The notes under the pieces are model-generated. The model did no database searches and was not told the origin of the DNA. It was given only the letters and a program-made list of their open reading frames with translations. Both the position numbers and the translations under genes were made by a program. A stretch of DNA of 64,000 bases, from positions 20,522 to 84,521 of the forward strand of contig JBLIRG010000001.1 in NCBI GenBank assembly GCA_049472195.1. The letters run 5' to 3'. Origin of the DNA: Thermoplasmatota archaeon (GTDB taxonomy: Archaea > Thermoplasmatota > Penumbrarchaeia > Penumbrarchaeales > Penumbrarchaeaceae). This document shows, piece by piece, positions 1 through 8,148 of the stretch. Every line of letters begins with the position of its first letter. Position 1 is the first letter of the stretch.

Positions 1-250
1 CCTTGAAAGGCAGATAGATATCCGTATCCTTGAAATATAGACATCTTCCCCAGAGGAATTTGAAATCCTCAAACTGCGGAATGCCGCGCATCTCTGATGT
101 AAAACGCGTCTTTCCGATCCCGGCCTCCCCCTCGACCATTACGAGGGCTCCCTTTCCAATTTTAACCTCATCGAGGATCTTTGCTAGGCGGGAGAGTTCC
201 TCCTTTCTCCCAACGTAACCCGTTTTTTTCCTTTCGTGGGCCGGGAACAT
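1..250 (-). CDS. AAA_16/STAND-type P-loop ATPase, N-terminal part (runs off window start)
   Basis: Not in the ORF track. Manual translation of the minus strand from ATG at 250: MFPAHERKKTGYVGRKEELSRL...LVMVEGEAGIGKTRF...WGRC. The VGRxEEL motif plus Walker A GEAGIGKT is typical of AAA_16 ATPases. Confidence 0.8.
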   Translation of the reverse strand, partial: MFPAHERKKTGYVGRKEELSRLAKILDEVKIGKGALVMVEGEAGIGKTRFTSEMRGIPQFEDFKFLWGRCLYFKDTDIYLPFK

Positions 251-566
251 GACACTTCCTCATCCGTCTTGGTTTCTTACTTCCAATTTAGTATTAAATG
301 CTTTTTACATTTATAGCAGAATAGAGAAATATTGGATAAATTACCATTACCCGGGCATAAATTCCCGAATACTTTTAGTCATCCCCCGAATTATTTTATA
401 TTTCATCTAGTCCTCCCCCGCCTACCGCTCATTGGATATAATCCATCGAAGGGGATACATTTCTCTCGGGGGTGTCATCTACATATCAGAGGGATGACTC
501 CCTCCAGGGCCGGGGGATGTCTAACCGCTTAGTGGTAGCTATCATCAGTGCCTAGGAGGTCGCCAT

Positions 567-2855
567 TTGAACCTTGAACAGCTTAGAGATCCTGTTCTCA
601 CAGACAACGCACGTCTCGTCCTCAACAAAAGATATCTGAAAAAGGACGATGAAGGAAAAGTTATCGAAACACCCAAGGAGATGTTCTTCAGGGTAGCCAG
701 AAACATCGCGGAAGCGGATTTGATATTCGATGAAAAGGCTGACAGGGACAAGACCGAACTGGAATTCTACGAACTGATGGCATCGCTGGAATTCCTGCCC
801 AACTCACCGACATTGATGAATGCGGGAAGGGAGCTTCAGCAGCTATCGGCCTGTTTCGTACTTCCGGTCGATGATTCGCTGAAGGATATATTCGAGACCG
901 TGAAACAGACCGCGTTGATACACAAATCCGGCGGAGGTACCGGTTTCTCGTTTTCCAGAATCAGGCCCAAGAACGACCTGGTGAAATCCACAAAGGGAGT
1001 ATCATCAGGTCCTATATCGTTCATGCAGGTATTTGATTCGGCGACTGATGTGATTAAACAGGGAGGCACCCGGAGAGGTGCAAACATGGCTATCCTCAGG
1101 GTCGATCACCCGGATATAATGGATTTCATTACAGCCAAGGACGATAACAAGAAACTCAACAATTTCAACATCTCGGTTGCCATAACCGACAGGTTCATGA
1201 AGGCATTGGAAACGGGATCGGATTATGATCTGATCAATCCCAGAAGCGGTGATGTGGCGGGGCAGGAGAATTCATCGGCGGTTTTTGATATCATCGTTAA
1301 ACAGGCGCACAAGAACGGCGAGCCGGGGATAGTCTTCATCGACCGGATAAACAAGGACAATCCGACTCCCAAGATCGGCATGATAGAAAGCACCAATCCC
1401 TGCGGTGAACAGCCGCTGCTGCCTCATGAATCCTGCAATCTCGGATCCATAAACCTTTCCCTGATGTTGAAAGGAGATAATACTGTTGACTGGGACCGTC
1501 TGAGACGCGTTACCAGATCAGCGGTCCATTTTCTTGACAACGTTATCGAGATGAATAACTTCCCTCTTCCCGAGATCGAGAAGATGACAAAGGCAAACCG
1601 AAAAATAGGCCTTGGGATCATGGGATGGTCTGATCTTCTGTTCAAAATGGGAATCAGATACGATTCCCAGGATGCAGTGGAGCTTGCCTACAAGTTGATG
1701 GGCTTTATCGAGAAGGAGTCGAAATCCGCATCCATTGAGTTGGCCGAGAGGAGGGGTTCGTTCCCGAATTTCAAAGGATCGGTCTTCGATCGGAACAAGG
1801 AACCTCCCATCAGAAATGCGACCACGACCACCATAGCCCCGACCGGCACCATATCCATCATAGCAGGAACCTCTTCAGGTATTGAACCCCTATTTGCCCT
1901 GGCTTTCAAGAGGAATGTTCTCGACAAGGAGAAGATGCTGGAAGTCCATTCATACTTCAAGCAGGTGGCCCTGAGCGAAGGTTTCTTCTCGAACGAACTG
2001 ATGGAGAAGATCATCGAACACGGAACTGTCAGGGGGATTACATCGGTCCCGGAAAAATACCGGAACATTTTCGCCACTGCCCACGACGTGACCCCGGAAT
2101 GGCACATCAAGATGCAGGCAGCCTTCCAGAAGTACACGCATAATGCCGTTTCAAAAACAATTAACTTCCCGCACGAGGCAACCATCGAAGATGTGAAGAA
2201 CTCATACCTCATGGCGTTCCAACTCGATTGCAAGGGAGTAACCATCTACAGGGATGGAAGCAGGGAGGAGCAGGTCCTCTCCACCATAAAGAAGAAGAAG
2301 ACCGGTATGGACACGGGGACCATCAGGCCCAGGGACAGGCCGAAAACCATCCACGGAGTGACCGGAAAAGTGGATACCAGCTGCGGCGCACTCTATGTCA
2401 CGATAAATGCGGACAAGTTCGGCCCGTTCGAGATGTTCGCGAACCTCGGCAAGGGCGGAGGCTGCGCCGCCGCCCAGATCGAGGCGATCGCACGGCTCAC
2501 ATCTCTTTCCATGAGATCGGGGATCGATCCCTGGTTGATCGTGAAACAGCTGAAAATGATCAGATGTCCGAATCCGAAAATGGGTCCCGTAGGCATGGCC
2601 GAGGAATCCATTCTATCATGTCCGGACGGAATGGCCAAAGCGCTCGAAAGGTATCTCGAGGGAAAGCCCCCATCCATAGAACAGGAGGAGATCACCTCTC
2701 CCTCACTGGACTATTACTCCCAGGAGGAGGCAGATAAAGACGATGATCTCGCGGGAAACGAGATCGTCGGGGTCTGCCCGGACTGCGGCAACTCCCTCGT
2801 CTATCAGGATGGGTGCTCAATATGCCACTCGTGTTTCTATTCCAAATGTTCATGA
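567..2855 (+). CDS. nrdJ: Class II (adenosylcobalamin-dependent) ribonucleotide reductase with C-terminal TSCPD-like domain and Zn-ribbon
   Basis: Motifs FLPNSPTLMNAG, QLSACFV, GGTRRGANM, NPCGEQPL, TIAPTGTIS, KGVTIYRDGSR, SCPD and C-terminal CPDC...CHSC..SKC. TTG start with GGAGG RBS. No ATP-cone or intein seen. Confidence 0.96.
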   Translation: MNLEQLRDPVLTDNARLVLNKRYLKKDDEGKVIETPKEMFFRVARNIAEADLIFDEKADRDKTELEFYELMASLEFLPNSPTLMNAGRELQQLSACFVLPVDDSLKDIFETVKQTALIHKSGGGTGFSFSRIRPKNDLVKSTKGVSSGPISFMQVFDSATDVIKQGGTRRGANMAILRVDHPDIMDFITAKDDNKKLNNFNISVAITDRFMKALETGSDYDLINPRSGDVAGQENSSAVFDIIVKQAHKNGEPGIVFIDRINKDNPTPKIGMIESTNPCGEQPLLPHESCNLGSINLSLMLKGDNTVDWDRLRRVTRSAVHFLDNVIEMNNFPLPEIEKMTKANRKIGLGIMGWSDLLFKMGIRYDSQDAVELAYKLMGFIEKESKSASIELAERRGSFPNFKGSVFDRNKEPPIRNATTTTIAPTGTISIIAGTSSGIEPLFALAFKRNVLDKEKMLEVHSYFKQVALSEGFFSNELMEKIIEHGTVRGITSVPEKYRNIFATAHDVTPEWHIKMQAAFQKYTHNAVSKTINFPHEATIEDVKNSYLMAFQLDCKGVTIYRDGSREEQVLSTIKKKKTGMDTGTIRPRDRPKTIHGVTGKVDTSCGALYVTINADKFGPFEMFANLGKGGGCAAAQIEAIARLTSLSMRSGIDPWLIVKQLKMIRCPNPKMGPVGMAEESILSCPDGMAKALERYLEGKPPSIEQEEITSPSLDYYSQEEADKDDDLAGNEIVGVCPDCGNSLVYQDGCSICHSCFYSKCS

Positions 2856-2864
2856 GGATTGTAA

Positions 2865-3455
2865 ATGGATGAAGGTAAGGACGAGATCCGGGGGGATGGG
2901 TTCGCACCGGTCGGCCCTTTCAAGGGCCGGCCAACCTTCATCAGATCCGCACTCAGGCCGGTCGATCCAAGGATATCGATCCGCATAGATGAAATGATCC
3001 GGAACCTCAGATCCGGCGGAGTGAAAGATGATCCCGGGATCTCCATAGGCATCAGATCCCTGGACGGATATTACACGAACGGATCGAATATCACCCTATT
3101 GCAAATAAAAGGGGAGGAGCTTCTGGACATCATCAACTTCGATCCAACCAGGGAGGTGTTCATGATTTCAGGCGAGGGGCAGGCCGATATATCGGCAGAG
3201 TTGCTCTGGTTCGGATTCGAGGCCTTTCCCGACGACTCGACAATGTGCATTGCGGGTGAATCAGGGACCTGGCCCATGGTTATACCGGAGAAATCCGATG
3301 ACAGAATCGATCTGGCCCTGGATATTCTGAGAAAATGGAAGCAAAATAAATGTGCGGTTATCAACGGTTATCGATTTTTCAGGGGGAGCGCCATACAGGA
3401 TCTGGAGCACTATCTTCTTTCCGAATTCGCCGAAAGCGATCAGAAATCCCAGTGA
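2865..3455 (+). CDS. Hypothetical protein, weakly resembling a class II aldolase/adducin fold lacking the metal-binding His residues
   Basis: 196-aa ORF 9 nt after nrdJ with GAGG RBS. GISIGIRSLDGYYTNGS...G...ISAELLW..FEAFPD loosely echoes the aldolase II pattern GNxSxR...ITxSG...PSSE..LH..IY...P. Confidence 0.55.
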   Translation: MDEGKDEIRGDGFAPVGPFKGRPTFIRSALRPVDPRISIRIDEMIRNLRSGGVKDDPGISIGIRSLDGYYTNGSNITLLQIKGEELLDIINFDPTREVFMISGEGQADISAELLWFGFEAFPDDSTMCIAGESGTWPMVIPEKSDDRIDLALDILRKWKQNKCAVINGYRFFRGSAIQDLEHYLLSEFAESDQKSQ

Positions 3456-4204
3456 TCCCTGAGGACCTCCTCCGTTTCGATGACTATTCCCTCGATGACA
3501 GGAAGGCTGTCAAGGATTCCGAACCAGTAAATGACCATGCCCGGACCGAATATCTCAAGATATGATTCAAGCTGTTTCGACAGGTTCTTCCGGACCTCCC
3601 TCTGATCTCCGAAGGACGCTTTTGATTCTATCCACACGATCTTCTCCCCCCTGAAATAAACAGGCTCCTTCAGGAGAAAATCCGGGGTCTTCCCACCGAG
3701 GCTTCTGAGATCCTCTTCCCGCTCGTATTCAACACCGTTCTCATCCAGCCATACCCTGAGCCTCTCTTCTCCCCACTCACCGCGTTTCCTCTGAACCTCG
3801 TATCCCTCAGGACTGTATATCGGATCCTTTATCCTGACCTTCTCTATCTCCTTTCGCATTCTCTGGTTTTTAATCTTCTCGGGATGGTTGAGCATCTTTC
3901 TGAATGATTTCTTGCCGTACTCCATATTGGTAACAATTATGTAGGCGGCCATGACCGGCGGGTAGTCGATCTCTTCCGCGATCTTGAGGAAAGATTTCCC
4001 TGATCTCCATTCTTTCGTCAACTTGTCAGCTTTATTCTTGACCTTATGGAATTTCGATGTTACGTCCCTAATCTGCTTCTGGGTGAAGATCACAAGAAAC
4101 AGCTCTCTATCGTAATAGTTGTATTTTGATGCGAGTCTGTCGATGTCCTCGTATCTGTTCAAATCGTCGTATATTTCCTGATATGTTCTCTCGTCGATGA
4201 TCAT
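3440..4204 (-). CDS. C15orf41/CDIN1-family (TPD motif) PD-(D/E)xK-type nuclease
   Basis: Motifs GEWGEERL, KTPDFLL, WIESKASFGD, QLESYLEIFGPGMVIYWFG. ATG at 4204 preferred because the longer ORF to 4393 overlaps the neighbouring gene. Confidence 0.85.
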   Translation of the reverse strand: MIIDERTYQEIYDDLNRYEDIDRLASKYNYYDRELFLVIFTQKQIRDVTSKFHKVKNKADKLTKEWRSGKSFLKIAEEIDYPPVMAAYIIVTNMEYGKKSFRKMLNHPEKIKNQRMRKEIEKVRIKDPIYSPEGYEVQRKRGEWGEERLRVWLDENGVEYEREEDLRSLGGKTPDFLLKEPVYFRGEKIVWIESKASFGDQREVRKNLSKQLESYLEIFGPGMVIYWFGILDSLPVIEGIVIETEEVLRDHWDF

Positions 4205-4284
4205 GTTAAAACGCCTTTTCTGTTTAATCTCTGTACTATTGATCTCTAATTCACTCTTTCGAAAAACCATAAGATAGAAGTAAC

Positions 4285-4776
4285 TTACGGTGGAATTTGA
4301 AAATCTTCCGGCATCAATCCATGCTCCTTCAGAATCGATGTGATCCCTTCCCAGTGCGTCCCGTACCAGTATATCTTCGAGCATTCGGAACATATAAGGA
4401 ACAGGCTCTGGTTCTCCATGACCTTCGTCGGAATGTTCATTTCATCTTTCCTTTCAAGGTCGCTCTTTCGGATCGAAACCAGTTCTCCATTGCATACGGG
4501 GCATCGGCTCTTCCCGGGAGGATTATCATTTACCGGATAGGACTCGAATACCTCCGCCAACTGCGTCACCAGATCATCCGATCTTACAAGAAGGGACTCG
4601 ATACCCTTCATATTGGATAGATCCCGATCCCTGGTAAGCAGGACCCTGCCTTCCGATACCGAGATCTGATTGAGCTCCCTGTCCGTCAAACCCCTGGGGG
4701 AAATCACATCATATCCCGCCATTCTCAGCCATCTGGCAAGTTTGCTCAACATCTCGTCGCAGAGGTAGGATACCAT
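4285..4776 (-). CDS. Mut7-C RNase domain protein (PIN-like fold plus Zn-ribbon)
   Basis: YLCDEMLSKLARWLRMAGYD, RVLLTRDRDL, RCPVCNGEL, CSECSKIYWYGTHW. Confidence 0.92.
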   Translation of the reverse strand: MVSYLCDEMLSKLARWLRMAGYDVISPRGLTDRELNQISVSEGRVLLTRDRDLSNMKGIESLLVRSDDLVTQLAEVFESYPVNDNPPGKSRCPVCNGELVSIRKSDLERKDEMNIPTKVMENQSLFLICSECSKIYWYGTHWEGITSILKEHGLMPEDFQIPP

Positions 4777-4889
4777 ACAGACAACCCTTGAACAGACCTT
4801 CGAGGGTGTTTCTACGGTAAAAAGTCTGTTTTCGAAACAACTAATATATATACACTTCTATGTGGTTGTAAAAACATTTATATGTATGC

Positions 4890-4907
4890 ATGTGCATGTA
4901 TGCACAT
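4890..4907. promoter_or_regulatory. Perfect 8-bp inverted repeat ATGTGCAT-GT-ATGCACAT, putative operator
   Basis: Seen directly. Lies just downstream of TATA-like TTTATAT (4877-4883) and upstream of the wHTH regulator start. Confidence 0.55.
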
Positions 4908-4925
4908 ATCGGGGAGATGTATCGT

Positions 4926-5264
4926 ATGAACGTGCTAGAAACTTCAAAGGTGCTTTCGGACAAACAGGCTCTCAGGATCCTGTCCGCAACGCAGATCAGG
5001 CCTTACACGGTCCAGGAGCTCTCGGAGACCCTGGAAACACCGCTTGCCGGAGTGTATAAGAAGATTAAGGAACTGGAGACAGCCGGTTTTATCACCCAGA
5101 AGGATAGAATCCTGACCAACTACGGAAAAAGGGTAACCAGATACACATCTCTGGTGAAGGGATTCTATGTTCAGTTCTACAACAATGAACTTAGGATCAC
5201 ACTTGAGATGGAAGACGCTGAGAAGTGCGTCAAGCTCACCTGGTCACCATTGATGAACAGTTGA
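4926..5264 (+). CDS. ArsR-like winged helix-turn-helix transcriptional regulator
   Basis: LSDKQALRILSAT...TVQELSETLETPLAGVYKKIKELETAGFI...GKRVTRYTS. GGAG upstream; ATG at 4926 chosen. Confidence 0.85.
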   Translation: MNVLETSKVLSDKQALRILSATQIRPYTVQELSETLETPLAGVYKKIKELETAGFITQKDRILTNYGKRVTRYTSLVKGFYVQFYNNELRITLEMEDAEKCVKLTWSPLMNS

Positions 5265-5296
5265 ACGGGACCGTATGGTCCCGTTTCATTTTTTTT
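5263..5296 (+). terminator. Hairpin plus U-tract terminator
   Basis: AACGGGACC-GTAT-GGTCCCGTT followed by TCATTTTTTTT directly after the stop codon. Confidence 0.75.
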
Positions 5297-5424
5297 CTAA
5301 TTTTCAGTTAATTTTCATTATTTTTGGCATATATTCCGGTCAATTCCCGTTAGTTCATTGTCCGATAAATCTTTTATACTCCATCATGGAAATATCATAC
5401 ATTGTATAATCAGGAGGACAAAGA

Positions 5425-7956
5425 ATGAGAAAACTGGCAGCAGCGATCGGATGCCTTCTAATCATGGTCGCATTGGTCGGTTTCGTATCGGCTCTCAACC
5501 CCCTGTCCAACAAGGACTGGGAATACGACCCTGACAATGACGGTTTGAACAACCTGGAGGAGTTCTCGGCAGGATCCGACCCCAACAACTGGGACACGGA
5601 CGGAGACGGACTGCCGGACGGATGGGAAGTGGACAACAGCCTCGACCCAACAGATCCGGCTGACGCGGAACTCGACAACGACTACTGGGGAGGAGAGGAA
5701 TACGCTTCCTACTCCGCAGTACCTGAAAGCCACTACAACAACTACGACGAATACTTCAGGTACCTCGGAGACGACCCTGAAACAGGAAAGAAACTCTACA
5801 GACCAACGGACCCGAACAACCCGGACACCGACGGCGACTCCATACTCGACCCGGACGACGCCTGGCCCTGGGACTTCTCCGACAAGGGAGGAGCGGGTGC
5901 TGGCGGCGGTTCCGACTCAATGGGACCGGGAGAACCCCTGGAACTGGAGACGCTTGATACCGACGGGGATGGGATCCTTGACCTGGACGAGACACTCCTG
6001 GGAACGGATCCATTCAATCCCGACACCGACGGGGACGGACTCATAGACTCCATGGAGCTTTCACTGGACCTCGATCCCAATGACTGGGACACCGACGACG
6101 ACATGCTCATCGACGGAGTCGAGATGGGATCCGGCGACTCAACGGACGGACACCTGAAGGATACCGACAACGACGGACTTCCGGATTACTGGGAGGACAA
6201 CGACGGCGACGGTATACTCAACGGCGAGGAGCAGGATGTGGTCATGTTCTGGATGTTGTTCTGGATCCCGGCAAACCAGGGAGGAGGTGGCCTCAACCCC
6301 GAATTGACCTACAGGATCAAATTCCGGGGCGCATCCCTTCTTGGAATGGATCCTAATACCAATGATACCGATTCCGATGAGATCTCCGACGATAAGGAGA
6401 CCCAGGCTTACGGACCGGGGCCTATCAACAAGAACTCGAGGTCGGAGTACGGATATCATCAGGTTAACAACAAGTCCGCCAAGAACACAAATGAGAACAG
6501 CCCTTATTACAATCAGGTCGTATGGAGGCCCGATCGATACAATGACGATCACAGCATCAGCAATCCCAACTCGGGATTCTCGATATGGACCGAGAACAGG
6601 TTCTCCTGGTATGAATACTGGATGACAAAGGCTTACAACTACGGAGAACTCCCGGTCAACAAATACAACGTGGTTCTATACAACATCAACCCCTGGCTCT
6701 GGTGGTACATGCTTTACGATTTCGCCATCGGAAACGGATGGGTGACCGCTGAGCAGTTCGCGGAGCAGTTCCTTCACCTCAACCTCGACGTGTCAGCTCT
6801 GGGGATCGGACCCTACAAACAGCCGGTTACCTTCGATGACATATTCGGATGGATGGAGAGGGGCCCAGCGACAACCGATCCGAAGACATTCAGGTGGAAC
6901 ATGTACGATCTTAACCCGTGCAGCGACGATACCGATAACGACAGGATGGAGGATAACTGGGATCCCAGGCCCACGATTCCCGACGACAGGCTGGATACGG
7001 CTATTGCCCTCAGAAGGATTGGGTTCCCAACACCAACGGGAAGCCTTAACTGGTACTGGCCCGGCTTCGGACCCGGACTGCAGTATCCCCTGGGAGCCAT
7101 TCTCTCACCCACATTCGTGTGGAGGGATGCAAACGGCAACTTCATGCACGACTACTTCGGATTCCCCTACAGGATAATCGACTCGACCATGAACAAGGGG
7201 GATCCCCTTTACATGGAGATAATCGTCGGTATCGAGAGAGGTGAACCCGGATCGGAGTTCTTCCAGCGCGGGTTCTACCAGTATCTCAACGTATCGATCG
7301 GATTCCATAACGGAACGATAGATGTGGTGGAGGACGAATGGGGGCCGGGACCGAGCAACAACATCTCCTATGACGTCGATGATGACGTTGACGGGGACGG
7401 GGTGCCGATCGGTGCGGATGCGAATCCCATGACTCCATGGGATTACAACCCGACCAACACGGACTATCCCATGTTCTCGCTGGGTCTGGATGATCTGAAT
7501 CCTGACGCTATCCCGGATCATATGAAGTTCGAGGATTTCGATCCTACGAACTACAGGGTGCCGACAATATTCGGTGTGCTGGCATCGGATGATTCAGGCG
7601 ACATACCTGCGTTCCCCGGACCCGCGGACTTTGGTGGAATAAAGACCACCTACGTCGATCCCGACACAGGTCTCGGTCACGGAGGCGAGAAGGTTCCATT
7701 CGTGAACGTCTCCCAGTATCCAAATCCGGACGCACCTCTGAGACTGGGAACCAACTGGCTGTGCTGGTCCCACATGACCTTCTACACGGTTGGCTTCTAC
7801 TTCATGGTCCCCGAGGGGGTCATGGCGGGATACGTGGTCATGGACTTCATGGTCAACACGGACCAGAACATCCACGTGGAAATGTCATTCGATGTCTTCT
7901 CGGGACTGGCCTTCGGCCTTGGACCGGATGACGGATGGCCCTACATGGCTTACTGA
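5425..7956 (+). CDS. Secreted acidic protein with multiple DxDxDG Ca-binding (thrombospondin type-3-like) repeats
   Basis: Signal peptide MRKLAAAIGCLLIMVALVGFVSA; repeated DPNNWDTDGDGLPDGWE, DTDGDGILD, DTDGDGLIDSME, DTDNDGLPDYWE; AGGAGG RBS. Confidence 0.85.
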   Translation: MRKLAAAIGCLLIMVALVGFVSALNPLSNKDWEYDPDNDGLNNLEEFSAGSDPNNWDTDGDGLPDGWEVDNSLDPTDPADAELDNDYWGGEEYASYSAVPESHYNNYDEYFRYLGDDPETGKKLYRPTDPNNPDTDGDSILDPDDAWPWDFSDKGGAGAGGGSDSMGPGEPLELETLDTDGDGILDLDETLLGTDPFNPDTDGDGLIDSMELSLDLDPNDWDTDDDMLIDGVEMGSGDSTDGHLKDTDNDGLPDYWEDNDGDGILNGEEQDVVMFWMLFWIPANQGGGGLNPELTYRIKFRGASLLGMDPNTNDTDSDEISDDKETQAYGPGPINKNSRSEYGYHQVNNKSAKNTNENSPYYNQVVWRPDRYNDDHSISNPNSGFSIWTENRFSWYEYWMTKAYNYGELPVNKYNVVLYNINPWLWWYMLYDFAIGNGWVTAEQFAEQFLHLNLDVSALGIGPYKQPVTFDDIFGWMERGPATTDPKTFRWNMYDLNPCSDDTDNDRMEDNWDPRPTIPDDRLDTAIALRRIGFPTPTGSLNWYWPGFGPGLQYPLGAILSPTFVWRDANGNFMHDYFGFPYRIIDSTMNKGDPLYMEIIVGIERGEPGSEFFQRGFYQYLNVSIGFHNGTIDVVEDEWGPGPSNNISYDVDDDVDGDGVPIGADANPMTPWDYNPTNTDYPMFSLGLDDLNPDAIPDHMKFEDFDPTNYRVPTIFGVLASDDSGDIPAFPGPADFGGIKTTYVDPDTGLGHGGEKVPFVNVSQYPNPDAPLRLGTNWLCWSHMTFYTVGFYFMVPEGVMAGYVVMDFMVNTDQNIHVEMSFDVFSGLAFGLGPDDGWPYMAY

Positions 7957-7976
7957 TCGTTTCGAACGATCGTATC

Positions 7977-8011
7977 GGGGGAGGGGATCATTTTCCTCCC
8001 CCATTTTTTTT
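7977..8011 (+). terminator. Hairpin plus U-tract terminator
   Basis: GGGGGAGG...CCTCCCCC followed by A and T8, about 20 nt after the stop codon. Confidence 0.7.
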
Positions 8012-8148
8012 GTACATCTATCCGCCCAACAGATCGCTTTGATGTCTGAATGATCCTATTTTCATGTACATAGGATTTTTAATATAGGATAAGCATAATC
8101 CATCTCCCTGGACGTTCGGTACCGGTAGTGATTCACGGAGGACCTGCA

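Noticed and set aside
420..540. Canonical cobalamin riboswitch upstream of nrdJ
   Set aside because: Conserved cobalamin-riboswitch elements, including the B12-box, are not recognisable; kept only as an unassigned structured-leader finding.
567..2855. Intein in NrdJ (DP1 also checked)
   Set aside because: Lengths are normal, catalytic motifs are contiguous, and no intein splice-junction or LAGLIDADG motifs were seen.
4205..4393. N-terminal extension of the CDIN1-like ORF (also the upstream extensions at 35619, 39249, 50187, 55035 and 62085)
   Set aside because: These overlap neighbouring genes, promoters or terminators; downstream starts fit family N-termini or RBS positions better.
5358..5378. 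TTGTCCGATA before a TATA box, similar to the RHH operator
   Set aside because: A single imperfect copy that could equally be an ordinary BRE element.
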